Positions 18,630-29,124 of a stretch of DNA of 40,000 bases are shown here, piece after piece. Location: the NCBI RefSeq assembly GCF_902500225.1, contig NZ_LR722653.1:151909-191908 (forward strand), in the 5' to 3' direction. The stretch's first letter is position 1. Each line of letters starts with the position of its first letter. The DNA is from Buttiauxella massiliensis (lineage in GTDB: Bacteria > Pseudomonadota > Gammaproteobacteria > Enterobacterales > Enterobacteriaceae). Under the pieces are notes generated by a model, which saw only the letters and a program-made list of their open reading frames with translations, made no database searches and was not told where the DNA came from. The position numbers were made by a program, and so were the translations under genes.

Positions 18630-20075
18630 TTAGATGCGTCCGTAGCGATCCTCGAAGCGCACAATGTCGTCTTCTTCGAGGTAAGTGCCGGAACGCACTT
18701 CAATCAGGTCGAGCGGGATCTTTCCGGGGTTTTCCAGGCAGTGGGTGACGCCCAGGGGAATGTAGATGGACTCGTTTTCGCCGAGCAGTTTCACTTCTTC
18801 ACCCAACGTCACTTTTGCGGTGCCCGCTACCACAATCCAGTGTTCGGCGCGGTGATGGTGCATCTGCAAAGACAGACCCTCGCCAGGTTTCACGGTGATG
18901 CGTTTCACCTGGTAGCGTTCGCCTTCGTCGATGGAGTCGTACTTGCCCCACGGGCGATACACTTCGCGGTGGTTGTGGTGTTCGTGGCGGCCATCGAATT
19001 TGATCTGCTCAACCACTTTCTTCACGCTTTGCACGTGGTCGCGGTCGGCAATCAGCACCGCATCTTTGGTCTGCACAACAATCAGATCTTTCACGCCAAC
19101 GGTGGTGACCAGGCCAGATTCAGCATAGATGTAACTGTTCTCGGTAGAGTGGCTGATCACATCGCCGTGATGCACATTGCCCTGCTGGTTTTTGGTGCTG
19201 ATTTCCCAAAGAGAAGACCATGAACCGACGTCGCTCCAGCCCGCATCCATCGGCACAACTACCGCATCAGCAGTTTTTTCCATCACCGCGTAGTCAATAG
19301 ACTCGTCAGGACATGCCAGGAATGCAGCTTCATCAACGCGCACAAAATCGAGATCCGGGTCGATGTTCGCCATCGCCTTTTCGCAGGCGCTGAGAATATC
19401 CGGGCGGAATTTTTTTAACTCTTCGAGGTAGCGCCCGGCGCGGAACAGGAACATACCGCTGTTCCAGTAGTATTCGCCACTGGCGACGTATGCCTGCGCG
19501 GTGGCGATATCCGGTTTTTCGACAAACTGCGCCACACCAAACGCAATCGCATCCACATCAGTTGCATTCGGGTTTATCACTTCGCCACGGCGAATGTAGC
19601 CGTAGCCGGTTTCAGGCAAGTCAGGAACGATGCCAAAGGTGACCAGTTTCCCGGCTTCGGCATACGGCAGCGCATTACGTACTGCGTTTCGGAATGCATC
19701 TTCGTCCTGGATAACGTGGTCGGCGGCGAGGATCAGCATCAGCGGATCGGTATCCGACTGGTTGCGAATCGCGGCCAATGCCGCCAGCGCGATCGCCGGT
19801 GCGGTATTGCGCCCGGCAGGCTCCAGCACAATATTTTCCGTCAGCTTGTTCAGCTCACGCAGTTGTTCGGCAACGATAAAACGGTGTTCTTCATTGCAAA
19901 TTACCACCGGGCTTTCGCACTCGACGCCGTTTAAACGGCTAACGGTAGTTTGCAGCATCGTCAGTTCGCCTTTCAGGCACAGGAACTGTTTCGGGTAAAG
20001 CACGCGGGACAACGGCCACAAGCGGCTACCGTTTCCTCCAGCCATGATGACCGGATAGAGTCTGGAATTAGTCAT
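18630..20075 (-). CDS. cpsB: Mannose-1-phosphate guanylyltransferase CpsB/ManC
   Basis: 481 aa. It has an N-terminal nucleotidyltransferase motif ([17 protein letters not shown]) and a C-terminal cupin/PMI-like domain ([15 protein letters not shown]). Syntenic. Confidence 0.95.
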   Translation of the reverse strand: MTNSRLYPVIMAGGNGSRLWPLSRVLYPKQFLCLKGELTMLQTTVSRLNGVECESPVVICNEEHRFIVAEQLRELNKLTENIVLEPAGRNTAPAIALAALAAIRNQSDTDPLMLILAADHVIQDEDAFRNAVRNALPYAEAGKLVTFGIVPDLPETGYGYIRRGEVINPNATDVDAIAFGVAQFVEKPDIATAQAYVASGEYYWNSGMFLFRAGRYLEELKKFRPDILSACEKAMANIDPDLDFVRVDEAAFLACPDESIDYAVMEKTADAVVVPMDAGWSDVGSWSSLWEISTKNQQGNVHHGDVISHSTENSYIYAESGLVTTVGVKDLIVVQTKDAVLIADRDHVQSVKKVVEQIKFDGRHEHHNHREVYRPWGKYDSIDEGERYQVKRITVKPGEGLSLQMHHHRAEHWIVVAGTAKVTLGEEVKLLGENESIYIPLGVTHCLENPGKIPLDLIEVRSGTYLEEDDIVRFEDRYGRI

Positions 20076-20077
20076 AA

Positions 20078-21298
20078 TTAACCCTGAATGTCCGCAATAA
20101 ATTGATTCAACACGCTGTTTTTCTCGAGCGTGCGCTCGGCATATTCACATGCCACGATGTTATGTTCCGGCAGTTGCAGGCAGCGCTGAATGCCATCAGC
20201 CAGAGCATCAACCGACTCCGGCTCAACACACACCGCGATACCGGAAAATGCGTCGCAAAGCTGGCCTAGCTCGGTGTTCGCTTCTGCGGTAATCACCGCA
20301 TTGCCGCCCACCGCAAGAATGTTGGTCAGTTTTGATGGCAAAACGGCATCAGCCGCCCCACGGCGCTGAATCACCAAATGGCAATCAGCAAGCTTAAGCA
20401 ACGCTGGCAGCACGTCGTAAGGCTGTAACGGATGGAACACCACGTTGTGCAGCCCTTTGTCCTGCGCCAGTTTTTGCAGCCGAGCTTTGCCGCCGCCCTG
20501 GCCGACAATCACGAATACATACGGTTGGAGGGCAAAACGCTCCGCCACCTCAATTACCGTTTCCAGCCCCTGTTTTTCGCCGATATTGCCGGAATAGAGG
20601 ATGATTTTTTTATCAGCAGGCAATTGCAGGCGGTCACGAACCGCAAGGATTTCTTCACGGGAAATACCGCGAAAACGCTCCACTTCCGACCAGTTCGGGA
20701 AGAAGATCACTTTCTTCGGATCCACACCCTTTTCAGCCGCTTTGTTCATCATCGAACGCGAAATGGTCGAAACGTTGTCAACGTTATGCAGGCCACTTTG
20801 TTCAAAACGGCTGGCCAGGCGGGCCACTTTTCCCTGTTTTTTGCCCGCCATTCCGAGGCCGAGCATGGCGTCGACTTCATAATCTTGAATGTGAAGCAAC
20901 GTGCGCGCGCCGCTCAATTTTGCGAGCAGGCGCATACCCGGCACGCAAAATAGCGTCGGCACCACACCGATAATGCGGTCCGGCTTCCAGCGGCGTTGCG
21001 CCAGCAGCGGGAATAAAGAACTCAGTGCAAAGCTGCCCAAATGAATCAGGCGCTTTATCGTTGAGGGCTGCTTTGGTACATACAGCGGGCAACGCCAGAC
21101 AGTGGCGGCCCCCACTTCCTTCTTGTACTTCCAGGCGGAATAATCGGGATGCACTTCCCAAACCGGATAGTAAGGTGGTGCGGTAATAACACGCACCTCA
21201 TGGCCCTGGCGCGTCATCCATTCAACCATCTCGCCGGTATATTTGCCGATGCCTGTGAGTTCAGGAGAATAGTTAATGCCGTACACTAAAATTTTCAC
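20078..21298 (-). CDS. wcaI: WcaI, colanic acid glycosyltransferase (GT4)
   Basis: 406 aa, [24 protein letters not shown]... Syntenic, with a 4-nt overlap with gmm. Confidence 0.93.
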   Translation of the reverse strand: MKILVYGINYSPELTGIGKYTGEMVEWMTRQGHEVRVITAPPYYPVWEVHPDYSAWKYKKEVGAATVWRCPLYVPKQPSTIKRLIHLGSFALSSLFPLLAQRRWKPDRIIGVVPTLFCVPGMRLLAKLSGARTLLHIQDYEVDAMLGLGMAGKKQGKVARLASRFEQSGLHNVDNVSTISRSMMNKAAEKGVDPKKVIFFPNWSEVERFRGISREEILAVRDRLQLPADKKIILYSGNIGEKQGLETVIEVAERFALQPYVFVIVGQGGGKARLQKLAQDKGLHNVVFHPLQPYDVLPALLKLADCHLVIQRRGAADAVLPSKLTNILAVGGNAVITAEANTELGQLCDAFSGIAVCVEPESVDALADGIQRCLQLPEHNIVACEYAERTLEKNSVLNQFIADIQG

Positions 21299-21774
21299 AG
21301 GCCGGGTGCCTCCGCGCGTTTCTCATCGAGGAAATAAGCGCGGCTGTTGTCGTGCACATCGTCGCGGACCAACAATTCTTCAGGCGTTAACCACTGATAA
21401 TCACTATGCTGCGCGTCCGGCAGTTGCAGCGCATCAGCATCGACGCGCAGGCGGAATCCCAGCACGATGTAGTGCGTGGAAAATTCAGGACCTGAGAAAT
21501 TGTCGTCATAGAAGTGCTGCCACACGCCGTAGAACTCACCGTCCTGCAATGTGAACGCCGTGCCTAATTCAGCTTCGGTTAAGCGTGCAAAAGCCCGCTC
21601 CAGCGTTTCGCCCTTCTGTACCCGGCCTCCCGGCACGAACCAAAAGTTCTGCGCCGGGCGCTGAGTACGCTGCCCCAACAGGAACTCTCCTGCCTGATTT
21701 TCAACGATCAGATCGATTGAGATCAGCGGTGTGGAGCGGACAACGGTTGAGAAGTCTTCAGCACTCAGAAACAT
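21295..21774 (-). CDS. gmm: GDP-mannose mannosyl hydrolase Gmm (WcaH/NudD), Nudix family
   Basis: The ORF-track start (21813) would overlap fcl. ATG at 21774 gives [26 protein letters not shown]..., matching the K-12 Gmm N-terminus, 2 nt after the fcl stop. 159 aa. Confidence 0.9.
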   Translation of the reverse strand: MFLSAEDFSTVVRSTPLISIDLIVENQAGEFLLGQRTQRPAQNFWFVPGGRVQKGETLERAFARLTEAELGTAFTLQDGEFYGVWQHFYDDNFSGPEFSTHYIVLGFRLRVDADALQLPDAQHSDYQWLTPEELLVRDDVHDNSRAYFLDEKRAEAPGL

Positions 21775-21776
21775 AT

Positions 21777-22742
21777 TTACCCCCGGAACCGTTGCTGGTT
21801 TTCGAGGAACCACTGGTAGGTGCTGGCGAGGCCAGGCTCCAGGGTGATTTCCGGATACCAGCCCAGGCGGCGCAGGCGGGTAACGTCCAGCAGTTTGCGC
21901 GGTGTGCCATCAGGTTTAGTGGCATCAAACACCACGCGTCCACGGTAGCCCGTGACTTTGGCGATGGTTTGCGCCAGTTCGCGAATTGTGCAATCCACAC
22001 CCGTGCCGACGTTGATATGGGAAAGCATCGGCTGGGTATGTTCCTGCCACACTTCGCTGGCCATTTCCATAATGTGAATGCTGGCTGCCGCCATATCGTC
22101 AACATGCAGGAACTCACGCATTGGAGTACCGCTGCCCCACACAACCACATCCGGCGAGTTTTGCTGCGTCGCTTCATGGAAACGGCGCAGTAACGCAGGG
22201 ATCACATGCGAATTGCTTGGATGGAAGTTATCGTTCGGGCCATACAAATTGGTCGGCATGACCGAACGATAATCGCGACCGTACTGACGGTTGTACGACT
22301 CGCACAGTTTGATTCCGGCGATTTTGGCAATCGCATACGGCTCGTTAGTCGCTTCAAGCGTGCCTTGCAGCAGCTCGCTTTCCGCCATCGGCTGGTTCGC
22401 CATTTTCGGGTAAATGCACGATGAGCCGAGGAACAGCAATTTGTTCACATTGTGCGTGTGCGCGCTGTGAATAATGTTGCTCTCAATAATCAGGTTTTCG
22501 TAGATGAAGTCGGCTGGATAGGTGTTGTTGGCAACAATTCCGCCCACTTTCGCCGCGGCCAGGTAAACCTGGTCAATGCGCTCCTCGGCAAAGAAGGCAT
22601 TCACCGCTGCACCATCTAACAGGTTCAGTTCGTCGCGGCTACGCAGCACCAGTTCGACATCAGCGCGTTGTTCAAGCTGACGGACGATGGCCGAACCGAC
22701 CATCCCCCGATGGCCGGCAACAAAGATACGATGTTTATTCAT
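21777..22742 (-). CDS. fcl: GDP-L-fucose synthase Fcl (WcaG)
   Basis: 321 aa, with the SDR motif [12 protein letters not shown] and catalytic YxxxK (PYAIAKIAG). Syntenic after gmd. Confidence 0.95.
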   Translation of the reverse strand: MNKHRIFVAGHRGMVGSAIVRQLEQRADVELVLRSRDELNLLDGAAVNAFFAEERIDQVYLAAAKVGGIVANNTYPADFIYENLIIESNIIHSAHTHNVNKLLFLGSSCIYPKMANQPMAESELLQGTLEATNEPYAIAKIAGIKLCESYNRQYGRDYRSVMPTNLYGPNDNFHPSNSHVIPALLRRFHEATQQNSPDVVVWGSGTPMREFLHVDDMAAASIHIMEMASEVWQEHTQPMLSHINVGTGVDCTIRELAQTIAKVTGYRGRVVFDATKPDGTPRKLLDVTRLRRLGWYPEITLEPGLASTYQWFLENQQRFRG

Positions 22743-22744
22743 GC

Positions 22745-23866
22745 TCAGGACTCCAGCGCGATGGCAACCTCGTAACCGTGGGACTTAAGCAACGAGTGTT
22801 TTTTCGCCGCTTCCAGATCTTTAGCGACCATTTCGCCAACCATCTCTTTAAGCGTGATCTCTGGTTTCCAGCCCAGTTTTTCGTGTGCTTTGGTTGGGTC
22901 GCCCAACAGGGTTTCCACTTCAGCAGGACGGAAGTAACGTGGGTCAACAGAGACAATCACATCGCCTGGTTTCACGCCCGGCGCGTCGTGGCCCGTGACA
23001 GAAACAACAATGCCCTTCTCTTCCACACCTGTGCCTTCAAAGCGCAGCTTGATACCCAGCTGTGCCGCTGACATTTCCACGAACTGACGCACGGAATACT
23101 GCACACCGGTCGCAATCACGAAATCTTCTGGCGTCTCTTGTTGCAGCATCATCCACTGCATTTTGACGTAGTCTTTGGCATGTCCCCAGTCACGCAGAGA
23201 ATCCATGTTGCCCAGATACAGGCATTTTTCCAGGCCCTGAGAAATGTTGGCGATAGCGCGGGTGATTTTACGGGTCACGAAGGTTTCGCCACGGCGTGGG
23301 GATTCGTGGTTAAACAAAATCCCGTTACAGGCATACATACCGTAGGATTCGCGGTAGTTGACGGTGATCCAGTAGGCGTAAAGTTTGGCAACGGCATACG
23401 GAGAGCGCGGATAGAAAGGTGTGGTTTCTTTCTGCGGGGTTTCTTGCACCAGGCCGTACAGCTCGGAGGTCGATGCCTGGTAGAAACGGGTTTTCTTCTC
23501 AAGGCCTAAGAAACGAATCGCTTCGAGCAATCGCAATGTACCCATTGCATCAACATCAGCGGTGTATTCCGGCGATTCGAAAGAAACCGCGACATGGCTC
23601 ATCGCGCCCAGGTTATACACTTCATCCGGCTGCACTTCGGAAAGAATACGGGTCAGGTTAGAGCTGTCCGTCAGATCACCGTAGTGCAGATGGAATTTCG
23701 GGTTGCTGGTGTGCGGATCCTGATAAATATGATCAACACGTTCGGTGTTGAAGGAAGATGCACGGCGCTTAATACCATGAACTTCATAACCTTTTTCCAG
23801 CAGCAGTTCCGCCAGATAGGAGCCGTCTTGCCCGGTTACACCCGTGATGAGAGCTACTTTAGTCAT
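22745..23866 (-). CDS. gmd: GDP-mannose 4,6-dehydratase Gmd
   Basis: 373 aa, about 95% identical to my recollection of K-12 Gmd ([43 protein letters not shown]...). Confidence 0.97.
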   Translation of the reverse strand: MTKVALITGVTGQDGSYLAELLLEKGYEVHGIKRRASSFNTERVDHIYQDPHTSNPKFHLHYGDLTDSSNLTRILSEVQPDEVYNLGAMSHVAVSFESPEYTADVDAMGTLRLLEAIRFLGLEKKTRFYQASTSELYGLVQETPQKETTPFYPRSPYAVAKLYAYWITVNYRESYGMYACNGILFNHESPRRGETFVTRKITRAIANISQGLEKCLYLGNMDSLRDWGHAKDYVKMQWMMLQQETPEDFVIATGVQYSVRQFVEMSAAQLGIKLRFEGTGVEEKGIVVSVTGHDAPGVKPGDVIVSVDPRYFRPAEVETLLGDPTKAHEKLGWKPEITLKEMVGEMVAKDLEAAKKHSLLKSHGYEVAIALES

Positions 23867-23919
23867 AATAATTCCTATGATTGAAGATTAAATTAAGAGC
23901 TTTGCTTTAAATAAAGCGC

Positions 23920-24459
23920 TCACGCTCGATCGCGTATTTTTACTGCTGGGTTACCCCGGCAAACGGCATTCGCCGGTAATGATTTATAAATGCTGCTGCG
24001 CGCACCCACGACGGTGCCATTTCCAATATTCACGCCTGGTGAAACAAATACATCGGTTGCCAGCCAGCATTTCTCACCGATAACAATTGGCGAGGCGGTA
24101 ATATCAAAATGCTTACTCATATAATCGTGGCTACCGGTGCACAAATAACACTTTTGTGACACCACAGAATTCGCCCCTATCGTGATATCACCCAGCGTAT
24201 ACAACACTGCGTCATCACCTACCCAGGCATAATCGCCTAACGTTAATTTCCATGGGTAAGTAATTTTGACCGATGGACGAATCACAACACCTTTACCAAT
24301 TCGTGCGCCAAACAGGCGTAATAAAAAGGCACGCCAGCGATAAAATATTTGTGGCGACCAGGCAAATAATGTTGATTGTACCGCCCACCACAGTTGAACC
24401 TTAATAGGGTGCCCACCCCGGAAACCTTTCGGTACCGAGAAGCCATTTAATTCCTGCAT
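23920..24459 (-). CDS. wcaF: WcaF, colanic acid O-acetyltransferase (hexapeptide/LbH family)
   Basis: The ORF track starts at 24585. ATG at 24459 gives MQELNGFSVPKGFRGG..., matching the K-12 N-terminus, with an AGGAAA SD upstream. The upstream extension would overlap wcaE. Confidence 0.9.
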   Translation of the reverse strand: MQELNGFSVPKGFRGGHPIKVQLWWAVQSTLFAWSPQIFYRWRAFLLRLFGARIGKGVVIRPSVKITYPWKLTLGDYAWVGDDAVLYTLGDITIGANSVVSQKCYLCTGSHDYMSKHFDITASPIVIGEKCWLATDVFVSPGVNIGNGTVVGARSSIYKSLPANAVCRGNPAVKIRDRA

Positions 24460-24514
24460 TATATTTCCTACGTTTTTTTTTCGGATGTAGCTTTCGCTAA
24501 TCCGACCTACAGAA

Positions 24515-25267
24515 TCAGGCTTTGTTATAAAGTGCTTTTGCTTTTCCGGTAGTACGCAGACGGAGCTTATAAGATAATTCCGCAATAAAGCCCGGTACGC
24601 CTAATATTTTCCGCTGAACATTTTTTGCATCCCGACACAATTCAATATTATTTGATGTCGATACGCCGCCCATGGAAAATTCAGACACCAATCCCTTGAC
24701 GCGTTTAAATGCATAACCTTTTTTATACATCCGTGCGGCAAGCGCATAATCCGATGAGACTTTATATTGCAGATCGTAAGAGTATTTACGCAACCCTGAC
24801 ACCGGGAAAAATATCGCCTGATGGCTGGCAGGTAAACTGTGGTAGATATACCAGCCCTGCTTTGCGCGGCGTTCTATTTTTGTACCGTCGCCAAAATCTA
24901 ATAACGCATCGCCAATCACCATCGCATTATCAGTTAACGGCATAGCAGCCAACTGGTGCGCGACGGTTGCGATATCCTGGTGGAAAATATCACCAGAATT
25001 GAGGAACAAAGCAAAGCGGCCCTTGGCCATCTCAATACCTTTGTTCATTGCATCATAAATGCCGTTATCTTTCTCGCTAACATAACGTAACTGGTACTGA
25101 CCATTGAGGTTTTCCAGAAATTCCGCCGTGCCGTCATTTGAGGCACCATCTACTACAATCCACTCAAATGTGATGCCCGGTGCCTTCGCTAAGTGAGCCA
25201 GCGACTGCCAGGTTTTTTCTATTCCGGCAAGATTCTTATAAGCAACAGTAATGACACTTAATAGCAT
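24515..25267 (-). CDS. wcaE: WcaE, colanic acid glycosyltransferase (GT2)
   Basis: 250 aa, [12 protein letters not shown]... with GT2 N-terminal motifs and SGD. Syntenic. Confidence 0.9.
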   Translation of the reverse strand: MLLSVITVAYKNLAGIEKTWQSLAHLAKAPGITFEWIVVDGASNDGTAEFLENLNGQYQLRYVSEKDNGIYDAMNKGIEMAKGRFALFLNSGDIFHQDIATVAHQLAAMPLTDNAMVIGDALLDFGDGTKIERRAKQGWYIYHSLPASHQAIFFPVSGLRKYSYDLQYKVSSDYALAARMYKKGYAFKRVKGLVSEFSMGGVSTSNNIELCRDAKNVQRKILGVPGFIAELSYKLRLRTTGKAKALYNKA

Positions 25268-25275
25268 GATGGACC

Positions 25276-26496
25276 TCAGCGCTGTGTAATATTAAGTGCC
25301 TTACGCAAAATAAACGGGCACACAATCAAGAACGCATATTCAGGGCTAAAAATTGAACCGGTAAAAAACAGAGATACAGGAGTAAACAGCCATAATTGCA
25401 CACGGTAATTTTCATTATTACCAAAGGCCGTGCGCATCATTTTAATGACTTTCCACATATACCAAATAGTCAGTAATACCGCGAACCATGAAAAATAAAT
25501 AATTAACAGATACAAACCATTGTCTACTGTTTTACCGACATCCGCACCGTTAAAGATTCCGAATGATGCGACATATTCATATAAAGATCCGAAACGTACT
25601 ACCCCATCGATATTGGTTAATGAATACCCAACCATCGCTAATGGGCCAATAATTCGATAATAAGATGACGAACCTTCGGTTCCCAAATCGCCAAGACGGG
25701 TCGCGATATAAGGAAATGCGAATATTAACCCTACTAAAAACACGGAAAGAGAAATAATTGCTAATGGCAACTTCTTCTTTATGGCACTTTTATTAAGGTA
25801 CTGGAATGCCCATTCAAGAAGATAGAACAGGATAAAAGTCATTACCCCTGAAAACGAACCTGAAAGCACTATCCCTAAAAGAATCATACCATCTGTTTTC
25901 GGTGTTTTGATACCAAACTGTTTGATACTGAGCCAAATTGAGATTAACGCCAGAGCGAAGAACGCCGGTTCAAAATAGAGTGCCGTGGTACGCTTACCGC
26001 CGAAGCTAATAAAGTTCAGAACATAGCTATTACTGTATATAAGAAACTTCGAAATTTTCTCAATCAGGCTACTTCCACCAGTCAGAATAATCTGAGCCAT
26101 CTCCGCCGCCGCAAGCATTACAATAATGCCCACCACGCCATAAAATAACCGCAGAATTTTATGGTGATTACGCTGTGAAATAGTTTTGAATCGACAGCTC
26201 CATGTCATCGCCATAATCAGCACGATATAGACGAACAATAATGTCGAGGTGACGTATTTGCTGGCATCAAGCGATTGGCCAAAGATGTAGTTAAACGCAG
26301 TGAGTCCAGCACCAATACCGAGCGCAATCATCAATTTTTTGACGCTGATGCGTTCAATGTACAAAAAGAGGATTGCGGGCAAAAAGGTGACTATCGTTAT
26401 CGGGAAGCTTTCCCCCAATGAGGCCAACTTGACGTTGACCACCAGATAGATAAACGGTAACAGCAGATAACTACAGATTCTGATAGAACGAGACAT
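25276..26496 (-). CDS. wcaD: WcaD, colanic acid polymerase
   Basis: ATG at 26496 gives [18 protein letters not shown]..., equal to the K-12 N-terminus, for 406 aa (K-12 WcaD is about 405). The ORF-track start at 26568 adds 24 non-conserved residues. It overlaps the wcaC 3' end by 26 nt. Confidence 0.88.
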   Translation of the reverse strand: MSRSIRICSYLLLPFIYLVVNVKLASLGESFPITIVTFLPAILFLYIERISVKKLMIALGIGAGLTAFNYIFGQSLDASKYVTSTLLFVYIVLIMAMTWSCRFKTISQRNHHKILRLFYGVVGIIVMLAAAEMAQIILTGGSSLIEKISKFLIYSNSYVLNFISFGGKRTTALYFEPAFFALALISIWLSIKQFGIKTPKTDGMILLGIVLSGSFSGVMTFILFYLLEWAFQYLNKSAIKKKLPLAIISLSVFLVGLIFAFPYIATRLGDLGTEGSSSYYRIIGPLAMVGYSLTNIDGVVRFGSLYEYVASFGIFNGADVGKTVDNGLYLLIIYFSWFAVLLTIWYMWKVIKMMRTAFGNNENYRVQLWLFTPVSLFFTGSIFSPEYAFLIVCPFILRKALNITQR

Positions 26497-27688
26497 ACTC
26501 CTCCAGCATCTGTTGCCCACTAAACGCCTGGCGGCTTGCAGCTTTAAACACCTGCAACTCTTTGCCAAACACCTGTTGCGCTAACTGCTCTTTTGGCATT
26601 TTCACCAGTTCGAGCACCCGAGCATCACTAAAGGTTTTTCCGCCAACTTTACGCAACACTTCATCCGCTGCATCACTTTGCGTGGCAATAGCCGGCACGC
26701 CAATCGATAGTGCTTCACACAGAATCAACGGGTAGTTGTCGACCTGCGAGCTGAATACCAGCGAGTCCATTTCGTTAAGCTCGCTCATCAACGCTTTTTT
26801 ATCGGTCATGTAACCGTGATTCACCACGTTCGGGCCGTTAAACGGCGATAACTTACCGAAGGTGTGCAACTCGACTTCATCGCCCAGCGCCATAATGGCC
26901 TGCACCAGTTGCTGATTGGTTTTGCCGTCGTAACGCAAATCATGGGCTACCACCGCTACTTTTGGCTTAACGCCCGCGGCTTGCGTGAGCGGTAATTCAG
27001 CCAGAATCGCTTCGGTTGCCACATCAATACCGTTATTGATGATTTTGCAGCGCCCTGCTCCGTAAATCAGGTTAAAGGCATCGGCCACATGCTGGCTTGG
27101 CGAAATAAATTTGCAGCCTAGCGCTAACATTTCGCGGAACAACTGGCGTTTGGTGTGCACCAGAAGATGTGCACGATCCTTTTTCACGGGCGGGTAGTTG
27201 TTTAGCGTCGGGCATTTCTGGCAGCCCGTTTTCCAGCCGTCGCAGCCATCAAGAAACGCACAGCGCCCGGTGATGCTCCAGTGGTCGTGGAGCGTCCAGA
27301 CAAAAGTGACATCCGGTTTATGCGCTTTTACACGCTGGCAAAACGTCACCATCTCTTCGAGATTCAGCCAGTAGCTGTGTACCACATGAAAATGCAGCAC
27401 CACCGGGCCTTGGGCACGAGTCACTTTGCGATACAGGTTATTCAGGTTGCCGAATGGGTCGCGGTTGAAAAAGCGAAACAGGATAATGTTGGCGATAGAC
27501 GTCAGGCGTGGGGTGTGTTTTTCCACCCCCTGGAACTTGTCATGGCTGGCACTTTTCTTGCCGCCTTTACCGTAACCGTAAATAAATCGCGAGCTTAAAC
27601 CTGCGGCATTGGCACGCTGATGAAGATCCAGCGCCACGCCCGCTGCGCCGCCTTCGGCGAGTCGCACATTGAATTGCATGATATTCAT
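26471..27688 (-). CDS. wcaC: WcaC, colanic acid glycosyltransferase (GT4)
   Basis: 405 aa, MNIMQFNVRLAEGGAAGVALDLHQRA..., collinear with K-12 WcaC. Confidence 0.92.
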   Translation of the reverse strand: MNIMQFNVRLAEGGAAGVALDLHQRANAAGLSSRFIYGYGKGGKKSASHDKFQGVEKHTPRLTSIANIILFRFFNRDPFGNLNNLYRKVTRAQGPVVLHFHVVHSYWLNLEEMVTFCQRVKAHKPDVTFVWTLHDHWSITGRCAFLDGCDGWKTGCQKCPTLNNYPPVKKDRAHLLVHTKRQLFREMLALGCKFISPSQHVADAFNLIYGAGRCKIINNGIDVATEAILAELPLTQAAGVKPKVAVVAHDLRYDGKTNQQLVQAIMALGDEVELHTFGKLSPFNGPNVVNHGYMTDKKALMSELNEMDSLVFSSQVDNYPLILCEALSIGVPAIATQSDAADEVLRKVGGKTFSDARVLELVKMPKEQLAQQVFGKELQVFKAASRQAFSGQQMLEEYVSFYQNL

Positions 27689-28170
27689 TTGATTATTTTT
27701 ACCTGTGCTTTTTCGCCAACCACCAGCGCATTGTCTGGCACGCTATCGAGCACCACGCTCCCCGCGCCAACAATGACGTTATTCCCAAGCGTGATATCGC
27801 CAATAATCACCACGTTGGCACCCAGTTCGACACCGTTGCCAATCACCGGGCAGGCGTTGCTTTTGCCGCGATTACCGATGGTGACGCCATGACGAATAGT
27901 GAAATCATCCCCGGCGACCACGAATTTATTAATCACAACGGCATAACCGTGGTGAATGGTAAAACGACGCCCGATGGTGGCACCCGCCTGGATTTCATAG
28001 CCAAACAGGCATTCGGTCACAAAGCGATAAAGCAGGATTATCGGAGCTGCCCAAAGATTGTTGATGACGCTTTTTTTGCGCCATACCGAGCAAAAGTGAG
28101 CGATGCGATAAGCCATCACCATGCAGCAAGGGCGAAGGCTCCAGGAGTTTGCGCGTAGGTCTTCAAGCAC
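27685..28170 (-). CDS. wcaB: WcaB, colanic acid O-acetyltransferase (hexapeptide family)
   Basis: 161 aa, MLEDLRANSWSLRPCCMV.AYR.AHFCSVWRKK... Near-identical N-terminus to K-12 WcaB. Confidence 0.92.
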   Translation of the reverse strand: MLEDLRANSWSLRPCCMVMAYRIAHFCSVWRKKSVINNLWAAPIILLYRFVTECLFGYEIQAGATIGRRFTIHHGYAVVINKFVVAGDDFTIRHGVTIGNRGKSNACPVIGNGVELGANVVIIGDITLGNNVIVGAGSVVLDSVPDNALVVGEKAQVKIIK

Positions 28171-28172
28171 CG

Positions 28173-29009
28173 TTATTTCCCCCGCAATCCGTCAGCCAGA
28201 CGCTTAGTATTGCGCACGCTCAAGAGCGCTAATAATGTACGTAAAGACATACGCTTGTTACGGATCTGGTAAAGGGTAAATAGCTGATACTTCTTGCTGG
28301 CACGGTCGAATTTGTCTTTGTGCTTTTGATAGAAGTGGAAATACCCGGCAAATTTTTTCGGCGATTTAGTTATCTGCATTTCGCCATGATTGATATGCAA
28401 AATTTGCGTGGCTTCTTCCACTTTCCACGGCTGACCATACTCCACAACCATACGCAGGAAAATATCGTAATCCTGAGCCGCCGCGAGAGTGGTATCGAAC
28501 AGACATGCTTTGAAGCGGTCGGCATAGGTAAATACCTGGTTGCCTATAATATTGCGCTTATAAAACAGCTTTAAGGAAAAGGGTGATTTCGGGTAGAGCG
28601 GCAGGCTGGCAGGCTGGGAATAAACCTGCCCCTCGCAAACGTAGTCGTTGGCATACAAGAAGGCGTGCGTCACCAGCTGCTGTTTATGCTCCAGGAACGC
28701 TGACAAACGATTGGGGGTCCACTCATCATCGTCATCAATACCAGTAATCAACTCACCCGAAGCCTGGCTAATAGCCTGGTTGCGTACCGAGCACGCGCCA
28801 GAGTTGAAATCATTGCGGGTGTAACGCACGCGCGAGTCACCCAGCTCGTCAACAAAGCGCTGAAGCTGTTCAAAAGATGAAGAGCAGTCATCAACGATTA
28901 ACATTTCCCAGTGTTCATAATCCTGGCGCAGCACCGATTTGATGGCGCGGATCGCCAGCTGCTGGCGGTTCCATGTCGGCATATAAATAGAGATAAGTGG
29001 GCGTTTCAT
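28173..29009 (-). CDS. wcaA: WcaA, colanic acid glycosyltransferase (GT2)
   Basis: 278 aa, with PLISIYMPTWNRQQLAIRAIKSVL.Q and the DDDD motif. Syntenic. Confidence 0.92.
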   Translation of the reverse strand: MKRPLISIYMPTWNRQQLAIRAIKSVLRQDYEHWEMLIVDDCSSSFEQLQRFVDELGDSRVRYTRNDFNSGACSVRNQAISQASGELITGIDDDDEWTPNRLSAFLEHKQQLVTHAFLYANDYVCEGQVYSQPASLPLYPKSPFSLKLFYKRNIIGNQVFTYADRFKACLFDTTLAAAQDYDIFLRMVVEYGQPWKVEEATQILHINHGEMQITKSPKKFAGYFHFYQKHKDKFDRASKKYQLFTLYQIRNKRMSLRTLLALLSVRNTKRLADGLRGK

Positions 29010-29044
29010 GGCGCTCCCCCTGAAATCGTTATTATTTATTGGTA

Positions 29045-29111
29045 GATGGCGCTATCGCTTATCCACCCTACGGCGAGATTTGTAGGGCAGATAAGCAAAG
29101 CGTCATCCGCC
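29045..29111. repeat. REP pair (BIME-like imperfect palindrome) between wzc and wcaA
   Basis: GATGGCGCTATCGCTTATCCACCCTAC ... GTAGGGCAGATAAGCAAAGCGTCATCCGCC. The two arms resemble the REP consensus (...GCGTCTTATCCGGCCTAC) in inverted orientation, 10 nt apart. Confidence 0.6.
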
Positions 29112-29124
29112 AGTTGATGCCTGA

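Noticed and set aside
18741-19223. 160-aa plus-strand ORF (and 19630-19998, 20432-20953, 21585-22193, 13315-13701, 15125-15631) antisense to manC, wcaI, fcl, wcaK and wzxC
   Set aside because: Same reasoning. All lie wholly inside strongly supported minus-strand genes and have biased, non-protein-like composition.
24473-24481. T9 homopolymer in the wcaE-wcaF spacer
   Set aside because: It is intergenic, just upstream of the wcaF RBS. There is no reading frame to shift, and there is no evidence that the spacing matters.
24460-24585. N-terminal extensions of ORF-track models: wcaF to 24585, wcaD to 26568, gmm to 21813, asmA to 37153, galF to 9975
   Set aside because: The extensions are non-conserved and overlap the upstream gene. 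In each case an internal ATG reproduces the K-12 N-terminus, often with a better Shine-Dalgarno.
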